Part shown: one piece after another, positions 8,581 through 16,176 of the stretch
How positions within the stretch are numbered: position 1 is the stretch's first letter
Layout: every line of letters starts with the position of its first letter
Virus record (IMG/VR): IMGVR_UViG_3300037851_000206
Coordinates: 1-26,088 of that record
Length of the DNA: 26,088 nucleotides
Source: a virus
Taxonomy: Duplodnaviria > Caudoviricetes
Direction: 5' to 3' (one strand)
Program-made: the position numbers and the translations under genes
The notes under the pieces: model-generated
The model's input: only the letters and a program-made list of their open reading frames with translations
Told to the model about the DNA's origin: nothing
Database searches by the model: none

Positions 8581-9420
8581 GTGAGCAGACGTGTTGTAGA
8601 GCTGATTGATACTGCCATTGAGCAAGCCCTTGGGCTGGCCAAGGCTTTCTGCCCGACGGGTCCAGGTGGCGGCGTGGACAATTCATGCTCACCGAAGGGC
8701 GGAGGTAAGGGTGGCGACGATGCGTTTGCCAGTTCCAGGTTGTTCACTGAAGACGAGATCAAGGGCGGGGACACCTCCCAGCCCGCCGAGACCAAAGAGG
8801 ACATCTACAAACTCGCACGCGCAGCCCGCCCTGACTTCGTTGCGATCTTGGACACCGGAGAGGGCGTTGACAAGACCATCGGAGCGAACGCTGCTCACGT
8901 TGATACTGCCGAAGGATTCGCCGAGGCGATTCAGACCAAGGGGCACACTGTCATCATCGGAGGACTCAAGTCAGAGAAGCGAGCGACGGAGAAAGTTGAG
9001 GGCAAGTACGAGGGCGACTGGTCCAGACTCAAGGACGTCGTACGAGCGACCGTCGCTGTGGATTCCAAGGAAGACATTCCGAAAGCGGTGGGGGCTATTC
9101 GCAGTCACATGGAAGCGAAGGGGTACGAGCTGGTGGAAGTGGACAACCGCATGGAACATCCCAACGCGGCGGGCTATCGCGACATCAACACCGTATGGCG
9201 GTCGCCTGACGGCTTCTGCACGGAGCTTCAGATCAACACCAAGGCCATGATTCGTGCCAAAGAGATCGGCGAAGGCCATAAAATGTTTGAGCGGGCAAGG
9301 CACATCGCAGAGACGCCTGGTCGCGAGAAGCGACAGGCGACAACTGAGGAACGTGCAGAGCTCGACGATCTCAATGCACGAATGAGAGTTCTCTACGGAA
9401 AGGCATGGGACGAAGGATGA
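8581..9420 (+). CDS. Tagged cargo protein: RelA/SpoT-like nucleotidyltransferase (small alarmone synthetase-like)
   Basis: LKSEKRATEK, LKDVVRAT, GYRDIN, ELQINT and GHKMFE match the order of RelA/SpoT synthetase motifs. Confidence 0.85.
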   Translation: MSRRVVELIDTAIEQALGLAKAFCPTGPGGGVDNSCSPKGGGKGGDDAFASSRLFTEDEIKGGDTSQPAETKEDIYKLARAARPDFVAILDTGEGVDKTIGANAAHVDTAEGFAEAIQTKGHTVIIGGLKSEKRATEKVEGKYEGDWSRLKDVVRATVAVDSKEDIPKAVGAIRSHMEAKGYELVEVDNRMEHPNAAGYRDINTVWRSPDGFCTELQINTKAMIRAKEIGEGHKMFERARHIAETPGREKRQATTEERAELDDLNARMRVLYGKAWDEG

Positions 9421-9617
9421 AGTATGTCTGGCATGACGGTGTGATCGTTCGGCAAGCGGACCCGTTCGCCCAGGCCGAGATCTACGGACCGAAGGCGAAG
9501 AAGTGGTTCCCGTTCCCGGAGTCGAAGGACAGCCGCCATTCCGCGTTCGCTGCCATGCACGAAGGGACGCCGCTGACTGAGAAGCAGGTCAAGGATAAAA
9601 TCGCGGAGCTTTCTTGA
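9417..9617 (+). CDS. Small hypothetical protein coupled to the RelA/SpoT-like gene (candidate antitoxin)
   Basis: ATGA overlap upstream and TGATG overlap downstream; 66 aa. Confidence 0.65.
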   Translation: MKYVWHDGVIVRQADPFAQAEIYGPKAKKWFPFPESKDSRHSAFAAMHEGTPLTEKQVKDKIAELS

Positions 9618-12600
9618 TGTCTTCGCTCACCACCAGAGCTTTCTGCCCGACGGGCCCGGGCGGGGGCGTAGACAACTCCTGTCCTCCCAAGCATGGAGGC
9701 GGGAATGCAGACGCGGCGCAGGCTGCAAAGGACGAGGCCAAGCGCAAGGTCCGCGAGCTCACGAAGGATCTGACTCGTGAGGAGATGCTGAACGCGGTTG
9801 CGAAGGCAGAGAACACACCGGAGAAGCTCTTTGACCTGTCGCAGCCCGGAACCAAGTTCGTCAACATTGGCGAGCTCAATCCGATCCGAGCACGGGAGAA
9901 GGGCATCGACACTGCCACCCGCATCATGTACGCGGGTGGCACCGACCAGTCGCCCATGCCTCCTCGCGTTCCCATCAGCGTCAAGAAGACTGGGCCGACG
10001 TACGAGATCCAAGACGGGAATAGCACCTACGCCGTACTGAAGGCGGCTGGGTGGGAGCGGGTTCCGGTCGTGGACGTGGACCTGCAAACGAAGTCAGCAA
10101 TGTTGACCCTCGTAAAAGCCGGGCAGACACTTGCCAAGATGCGAATCCGTCACACCGCACGTCGCAAGGTGCGGGAGGTCAGCGGGAAGGTTCATCTGCG
10201 CCAGTACGACGCAACGGTAGTGAAGCTCGAGGGCGTGTTGCACCCGTTCTTCCTTGCACAGGCCAAGGATGTCAGCGATCGCCTGTTGCGACTGGAGCGG
10301 GGCTCCGATGTGATTGGTGAGAAGGCATGGTGTCCAACGGGACCTGGCGGGGGCAAGGACAATTCATGTTCGCCCAACGGGGGCAAGTCCATCCCTTCGG
10401 TGACGCTTCCAGACGAGGTGGATAAGAACCTCGAGTCGTTTGGTTTGTCGGGTCCATTGGGCGGAATCTGGAAGCAAGTTCTGGAGAGCAATGGAGTCGA
10501 CCCAGCCGCTATTCAGGAGATGGAGCAGCTTTTCGACAGCCACCGTCATGGTGACGGGATCCAGGAGAGGGCAGATAAAGAGATTGCCGATGCTCTGCAC
10601 ACAGACACGCCACTTGGCAACGCGCTTCGCACTCAGGTGGCAGTGGAAACGGCGGTCCTTGCCAAGTACGAGAAGCTCCGACCCGTACTTGCTGATAGGC
10701 AAGATGCTCGATCCAAGGCTGACATGAAGGAGGCTTGGGAGCATGGGTACGCGCCAAAGAACGACGATGCCTATGGGTCGTGGGAAGAGCAGTGGGAGGT
10801 AGAAGAGAAACACGAGACGAGGGAGTTGCGGGAGCCCATGCGGTTCTACCGTAAGGGCAGCCTCGACAAGGATGTAGTGGCAACGTCTACCAATTCTTCT
10901 GGAGCAAGAAGCCATGCCGTCATTGGCGACCCATCTAGTCAGCCACACTTCAAGCCAACAGGTTCTTGGACAAGTGCAGAACTGAAGGCTGAAGGATACA
11001 TGGTTCTTGGAGGAGTCGGTTTCAAAGGAATGGGCTACTCCGGAGAGAACGAGGTGACGTGGATTCGCGTTCGCGAAAGTAGCGTCACGAACACTAAGTC
11101 CGCATCTCGCACGAAGGCACAGCAGACCCACAGCAACACGGATGCTGAGGCACTGGCCCACTCCGTCTACGACCCGCGTGAGTGGGATGCGTTGCTGGTC
11201 GAGACGCTGATGGTGCCGTATGCAGAGGCGTACCTGGAGGCCGCTTCTGCTGAGGTGGAGCTTGCGAAGATGGCAGCGGACATCAAGCAGGTCAGTATCG
11301 CGGGCTCCAAGATGGTGCAAGCGTACGAGCAGTGGAAGGCCTTCAACCCTAATCAGCCACGCGACGAGGCCGGACGTTTCGCATCCACTGGCTCAGGAGG
11401 GATGGGTAGGGTAGAGCGGGGTGCGGACACACCGGACAAGAAGGCACTGGTGGATCAGCTCGCTGTGATGCGGGACATGATCGAGAAGAACTTCAAGCAA
11501 GAGGGGTGGAAACACGGGTCGATCCAAGGCATGGTGATAGAGGAGGGGCAGTGGGACAACCCACAGCCGCTACCCAAAGGCGTCCGCCGTGGCACCATGA
11601 AGCAATGTTTCCAGAACGCCTACCAGCTCGCAACGCGAGACTCTGAGTACACCTACGTCGAAGGCTATGCCATGACGAAGGGTATTCCGCTGGCCATCGA
11701 ACATGCTTGGGTCGTTGACAAGGCTGGCAACGTGGTTGACAACACTTGGGACACGCCAGGCACAGCGTACCTTGGCATCCACTTCGACACGTCGTTCGTG
11801 GAGCAGCAAGCCGCCAAGACGGGTGTGTATGGGGTGCTGGGCGGCTACCACATGGAAGCCACGCGGGAGCTACTGGAGAACGGGCTGCCAAGTGGAGCGA
11901 GGACCAAGTCGGCGGGCATGTTCATCCGCACCAAGGCGTCCACCGCTGCAAGGTGGATCGGTGCGAAAGTGCTCAAGTACGATGAGATGACAGTTCGAAC
12001 GAGTGCTGGTGAGTTCAGTTTCAAGATCTCAACCGAGTATCCGAAGTGGATGAAGCGTCGTCTCAAGGAACTGCTCGAAGAGACGTTCTCGCAAGACTAC
12101 TGGCAGGACATCAACGACACGACCTCATCCGACATCACTTCTGTTCTGCAACGGGGCCTCAAGGATGGGTGGTCCATCACGGACATCGCACAAGAGATCG
12201 TTGACAGCCTTCCTGGCGGGCAGGGGGACACGTTGTCGCGAGCCACTGCAATCGCTCGGACGGAGGCAGGGCACGCGCTCAACGGTGCAAGGTCCGCTGC
12301 GATAGACGACCTTGCTGAGGAGATGCTGCCGTACGGACTCCCGATCAAGAAGACGTGGATGTCCGTACTCGGAACAACCACGCGGGAGACTCATGCAGAC
12401 GCTGACGGGGTGCCAGCCGACCAGCGTGGCATGTGGTCCATCGGCGGGTACGATTGCCGCTGGCCTGGGGACGTGATGCTGCCCGCCCATGAGCGGATCA
12501 ATTGTTTCCCTGGATCGGTTTTAGTCTCTGGTGATTTCACAGGGGCGCAGATGGGCAGGTACGATGGCATTGTCGCCAAAATCATACTCAGCACGGGGGT

Positions 12601-14596
12601 GGTTCTTACCGTCACTCCACATCACCCAATAATGACCTCTAAGGGATGGGTTAGTGCAGGCTGTCTCCAGAAGGGTGATAAGGTGGCGTGCTATCGGACC
12701 GATTCTAATCTCGCTCTTGGGAAGGCCGCCGGGGTACCTACGAGTGGGATCTGGAAATACGGCGGCGAAGATGTAGATTACAAACCAGTCTCGATCGAGC
12801 AGGTATCGAAGGCGATCTTTTCCGCGGGTGCTACCTCTGGGGTGATTGAAATCCTGCGAGCTGAGATGAACGATTTCTATGGCGATGGAGTGTTCTTTGA
12901 TGCAGAGGTCCAAGTTGTAAGGGCCGACTGGAAACTGCTGATCGACCGCATAATCGAGGGACCGAAGAAAATCGGTGACTTTGTTTTCACTCTGGTAGAT
13001 CCCCAGTCTTCTGGTGTACCTTGTTTGAGCTCGTCGTACATTAGACTCGACAGAGTTCCCGTTGCTGCGCCGGGTCTCCCAAGCCTTGCCAAGCCATTTC
13101 TCTGTATCCCCATCAGCAGCATCTCTCCATCTGGATCGCTGGCCCTCGGAATAGCCCCGGATAGACACACCGCGTTCCTTGAGATAGGAGGTGATGCGAT
13201 TTCGGGTTATCCCGTATCTCTTCGACAGTCGTTGCAGAGGGATACCGTTGGTGTACTCGGAGAGGAGAGTATCGGCTATTTCAGGAGGGATCTCCAGTCG
13301 TCTAGAGCTGTTCCATCCACATCGTTTGATCACAATGCCGCGGCTCTCGATTCTGCTTTTGATGGTGGCGGGATCGCAGTGGTAGACTCTGGAAATGGAG
13401 AGCATCGATTCCCCTCTGAGGTATCGTTTGCAGATGTCGTCAGTGTCGAGGAGTTTCCGTTTCATGGTGTGGTATACGATCTCCAAGGTGTGAATGGATT
13501 GATTGTAGCGAGGGACCCCGAATCAGCAAGCATTGGCATAGGTGTGATTGCTTCGAATTGCCAGTGTACCATTCTATCTGAGTACGGGATGACAGATTCC
13601 GAGGCAGGAGAGCTGCTCAGCGATTACAGAGCCCGAGTCGAAGAACGCGAGCAGTTCTACCGATCGCAAGGCAAGTCGTACACAGACGACAAGAGCTGCG
13701 GTGCTGGGTCCGCCGGTAGTCCAGGATTCGGAACCGGGAACACCTGCGCCGTTGGTCGCGGTGGGCAGTCTCTGTTAGCTACCAAGAAGCGACGGGACGG
13801 AACGCGAGTCCTTGCAAACGGCAAGCCCCTCCCCGACCACGTCCCAGTCATTCCGCCAGCGTGGGAGGATGTGCATGTCAGCCTTGACAAGAACTCCGAT
13901 CTGGTTGTGAAGGGCAGGGACGCGAAGGGTCGCATCCAGTCCATCTATTCGGAGAAGCATTCGACGCGACAGGCCAAGCTCAAGTTCGCCAAGGTCAAGG
14001 AGCTACGAGCCAAGCAGAAGGCCATCCGCAAAGAAATCGAGAGCGACCTCAAGTCGGACGATCCAGAGGTTCGCGAGTCCGCTGCTGTGGCACGTTTGAT
14101 CCAGGAGACGGGCATCCGCCCGGGCGGGAGCAACGACGGCAAGGCAGCCGTCCAGTCATATGGGGCGACGACGCTTGAGGCACGTCACATCAGCGTCCGC
14201 GATGGAAAGGTCACGCTCAAGTTCGTGGGCAAGAAGGGCGTCAAGCTCTCCATCCCCGTAGAAGACAAAGCCGTTGCCAAGGACCTAATACGACGTAAGG
14301 CCGAGGCCGGTGGACCGCGTCGCCCCATCTTCGACACGACGGACGAAAGGCTTCGGGAGTACGCGGACACGTTGGACGGCGGCAAGTTCAACCCGAAGGA
14401 CTTCCGCACGGCGAAGGGTACGGAGATCGCTGTTGCCATGATCAAGTCCATGCCCGCACCAAAGACGGAGCGTGAGTACAAGGCGTCAGCCAAGGCAGTG
14501 GCCAGAGCGGTTTCCGACCGCCTTGGAAACACCCCGACCGTCGCCCTTCAGTCGTATATTGATCCTGTGGTGTTCTCGAAGTGGAGGATCAAGTGA
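9617..14596 (+). CDS. MuF/SPP1 gp7-family minor head polyprotein with intein. Cargo modules: ParB-like, ART-like, papain-like and C-terminal DNA topoisomerase IB
   Basis: MuF motifs RATAIARTE, KKTWMS..TRETH and PGD..LPAHERIN/CQC. TopIB motifs IPPAW, GRDAKGR.Q..Y, GIRPG, FVGKKG, KDFRT and LGNTPTVALQSYIDP. Confidence 0.9.
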   Translation: MSSLTTRAFCPTGPGGGVDNSCPPKHGGGNADAAQAAKDEAKRKVRELTKDLTREEMLNAVAKAENTPEKLFDLSQPGTKFVNIGELNPIRAREKGIDTATRIMYAGGTDQSPMPPRVPISVKKTGPTYEIQDGNSTYAVLKAAGWERVPVVDVDLQTKSAMLTLVKAGQTLAKMRIRHTARRKVREVSGKVHLRQYDATVVKLEGVLHPFFLAQAKDVSDRLLRLERGSDVIGEKAWCPTGPGGGKDNSCSPNGGKSIPSVTLPDEVDKNLESFGLSGPLGGIWKQVLESNGVDPAAIQEMEQLFDSHRHGDGIQERADKEIADALHTDTPLGNALRTQVAVETAVLAKYEKLRPVLADRQDARSKADMKEAWEHGYAPKNDDAYGSWEEQWEVEEKHETRELREPMRFYRKGSLDKDVVATSTNSSGARSHAVIGDPSSQPHFKPTGSWTSAELKAEGYMVLGGVGFKGMGYSGENEVTWIRVRESSVTNTKSASRTKAQQTHSNTDAEALAHSVYDPREWDALLVETLMVPYAEAYLEAASAEVELAKMAADIKQVSIAGSKMVQAYEQWKAFNPNQPRDEAGRFASTGSGGMGRVERGADTPDKKALVDQLAVMRDMIEKNFKQEGWKHGSIQGMVIEEGQWDNPQPLPKGVRRGTMKQCFQNAYQLATRDSEYTYVEGYAMTKGIPLAIEHAWVVDKAGNVVDNTWDTPGTAYLGIHFDTSFVEQQAAKTGVYGVLGGYHMEATRELLENGLPSGARTKSAGMFIRTKASTAARWIGAKVLKYDEMTVRTSAGEFSFKISTEYPKWMKRRLKELLEETFSQDYWQDINDTTSSDITSVLQRGLKDGWSITDIAQEIVDSLPGGQGDTLSRATAIARTEAGHALNGARSAAIDDLAEEMLPYGLPIKKTWMSVLGTTTRETHADADGVPADQRGMWSIGGYDCRWPGDVMLPAHERINCFPGSVLVSGDFTGAQMGRYDGIVAKIILSTGVVLTVTPHHPIMTSKGWVSAGCLQKGDKVACYRTDSNLALGKAAGVPTSGIWKYGGEDVDYKPVSIEQVSKAIFSAGATSGVIEILRAEMNDFYGDGVFFDAEVQVVRADWKLLIDRIIEGPKKIGDFVFTLVDPQSSGVPCLSSSYIRLDRVPVAAPGLPSLAKPFLCIPISSISPSGSLALGIAPDRHTAFLEIGGDAISGYPVSLRQSLQRDTVGVLGEESIGYFRRDLQSSRAVPSTSFDHNAAALDSAFDGGGIAVVDSGNGEHRFPSEVSFADVVSVEEFPFHGVVYDLQGVNGLIVARDPESASIGIGVIASNCQCTILSEYGMTDSEAGELLSDYRARVEEREQFYRSQGKSYTDDKSCGAGSAGSPGFGTGNTCAVGRGGQSLLATKKRRDGTRVLANGKPLPDHVPVIPPAWEDVHVSLDKNSDLVVKGRDAKGRIQSIYSEKHSTRQAKLKFAKVKELRAKQKAIRKEIESDLKSDDPEVRESAAVARLIQETGIRPGGSNDGKAAVQSYGATTLEARHISVRDGKVTLKFVGKKGVKLSIPVEDKAVAKDLIRRKAEAGGPRRPIFDTTDERLREYADTLDGGKFNPKDFRTAKGTEIAVAMIKSMPAPKTEREYKASAKAVARAVSDRLGNTPTVALQSYIDPVVFSKWRIK
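12503..13558 (+). mobile_element. Intein (352 aa) inserted in the MuF ERIN|CQC motif
   Basis: N-terminal CFPGSVLV, block B LTVTPHHPIMTSKGWV, block F FHGVVYDLQ and terminal ASN followed by Cys(+1). Removal restores the MuF ERINCxC motif. Confidence 0.92.
12521..13465 (-). CDS. Putative homing endonuclease: tandem HTH repeats + Vsr/DUF559-like PD-(D/E)xK nuclease, antisense within the intein
   Basis: Two HTH-like repeats (YLRGESMLSISRVYHCDPATIKSRI; YTNGIPLQRLSKRYGITRNRITSYL), then SENKVTDFL...QQFPVGPYNLDLCIKEHSIAIEI...KDRLRYLLDRDWFVIYI. Start at 13465 (ATG) or 13486 (TTG). Confidence 0.8.
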   Translation of the reverse strand: MKRKLLDTDDICKRYLRGESMLSISRVYHCDPATIKSRIESRGIVIKRCGWNSSRRLEIPPEIADTLLSEYTNGIPLQRLSKRYGITRNRITSYLKERGVSIRGYSEGQRSRWRDAADGDTEKWLGKAWETRRSNGNSVESNVRRAQTRYTRRLGIYQSENKVTDFLRSLDYAVDQQFPVGPYNLDLCIKEHSIAIEIVHLSSQDFNHPRGSTRGKDRLRYLLDRDWFVIYIFAAVFPDPTRRYPGGLPKSEIRIGPIARHLITLLETACTNPSLRGHYWVMWSDGKNHPRAEYDFGDNAIVPAHLRPCEITRD

Positions 14597-16176
14597 GTCG
14601 CATTGAAGGCCTTGACGCTGATGTTCACTTTGGCAGTGTGGACGACGAGGACGCTGACTGGCGTTCTGAACTCGTTGATGTGGATCCAGATGACGAGGAG
14701 CTTGCACAGACTCCCGACGACGTGATCGCCATTCTTGGGTTCGACCCACTCGAGGAGTACGGCCCGCGGGCGACAAAGGCGTTCTGTGCGACAGGCGTTG
14801 GTGGGGGTGTGGACAACTCATGCAGTCCAAAGCAAGACGCGGGAGGTGACAAGGACCTTCGCGGAGCGAACTTGCGTGGCAAGGACTTGCGGGGTGTTGA
14901 CCTGGAGTCAGCAGACCTACGCGAGGCGGACTTGAGGGATGCGGATCTACGGGATGCGAATGCGAAGAACGCTGATATGAAGAACGTGGATGCACGGTCA
15001 GCTGACATGACTCGTGCGGACCTTCGCAAAGCGAACTTGGAATCGGCAACTCTCCGCAATGCCTACCTTGATGTGGCGGACCTCAGCGGAGCGAACCTAT
15101 CGGAGGCTGACATGCGGTCTGTGTCTGCCAAGAGTGCCTCGTTCAAGAACGCGGACCTACGGGGTGCTGTGTTGACGGAGGCCAATCTGAGTGGCGCGGA
15201 CCTGCGCAACGCTGATCTACGGGAGGCGAATCTAAGAAGTACCCACATGACGGGTGCTCGTCTTCGCGGAGCGAAACTGGACGGGGCTCTTCTTCAAGGT
15301 GCAGATTTTGGCGGTGCTGATCTCGATCAACGCGAGGTAGAAGCCGCTGCAAGCGGCCATGCCCTCGTGGATGGGAAGGCGTGGTGCCCTACTGGTCCGG
15401 GAGGTGGACGGGACAACTCGTGTTCTCCCAAGCGGGACTCCTCGCAACCTAGTTCTGGGATGCTCGCGAGGGCAAGCGCCGTTTTTCAGGAGCTTGACGG
15501 CGACGGGGAGTTGGGTAATGCGTGTGATGCGCAGATGAGGGGCGGAAAGTTCAACAAACGAGGTACCTTTGAGCCGTTCTCCGAGAAGACGAAGCTCTTG
15601 AACCTCCGCAAGATTCGAAGAGGGCTTGCTGATCTGAAGGACAAGGATTCAGAGGCGTTTGAGCTCGCTAGGCAACTGGGCATCGCGGACAGGTTTGGAG
15701 TAGAGGAGTACGCAGATCTTCCTGACAAAGTGACCGTCTACCGAGGTCATAGTGAACACGAGGAAGCATCCACAGTCAACAACGTCACCACCCGCAAAGA
15801 AGTGGCCGAGAAGTTTGGGGAGACGGGGGTCGTCACCGAGTACGAGATGAGCAAGGACGACATCATCTTCCCTCTGTCTAACAGTGTCTTTGATGAGGGC
15901 GAGATGATCGTCCATACCAAGAGCATGAAGGTCGTGAGTCAAAGACTGTCCGATGCGGTTGTTGAGAACCGTGCCTATCTTGACTTCGTCAAGGACCTCA
16001 GTCATCACGGAAGCAAGGTGGTAGGCATGTTCGAGGGAGCAAAGTCCGTCGGCAAGGTGAAGCATCTTGGAGTCTCCAACACATTGGTCGTTGAGTGGGA
16101 TGTACCTGGACAAGGAACTGTCACTGACTACCTGACGGCATGGCGGGACGTGCAAATTGTGAAAGGCGAGTCATGA
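14593..16176 (+). CDS. Two-tag polyprotein: acidic N-terminus + pentapeptide repeat domain + ADP-ribosyltransferase-like domain
   Basis: GTGA overlap; tags at 14782 and 15382. A(D/N)LxxA repeats at about 14850-15330. VTVYRG..VTT..VAEKF..DEGEMIV at about 15727-15912. Confidence 0.85.
   Translation: MSRIEGLDADVHFGSVDDEDADWRSELVDVDPDDEELAQTPDDVIAILGFDPLEEYGPRATKAFCATGVGGGVDNSCSPKQDAGGDKDLRGANLRGKDLRGVDLESADLREADLRDADLRDANAKNADMKNVDARSADMTRADLRKANLESATLRNAYLDVADLSGANLSEADMRSVSAKSASFKNADLRGAVLTEANLSGADLRNADLREANLRSTHMTGARLRGAKLDGALLQGADFGGADLDQREVEAAASGHALVDGKAWCPTGPGGGRDNSCSPKRDSSQPSSGMLARASAVFQELDGDGELGNACDAQMRGGKFNKRGTFEPFSEKTKLLNLRKIRRGLADLKDKDSEAFELARQLGIADRFGVEEYADLPDKVTVYRGHSEHEEASTVNNVTTRKEVAEKFGETGVVTEYEMSKDDIIFPLSNSVFDEGEMIVHTKSMKVVSQRLSDAVVENRAYLDFVKDLSHHGSKVVGMFEGAKSVGKVKHLGVSNTLVVEWDVPGQGTVTDYLTAWRDVQIVKGES

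Noticed and set aside
13790-14596. C-terminal domain as a tyrosine recombinase/integrase
   Set aside because: IPPAW, GRDAKGR.Q..Y, KDFRT and SYIDP are specific to the bacterial/viral topoisomerase IB family.
14850-15330. 15-bp periodic DNA repeats as a tandem-repeat locus
   Set aside because: Fully explained by pentapeptide-repeat protein coding.
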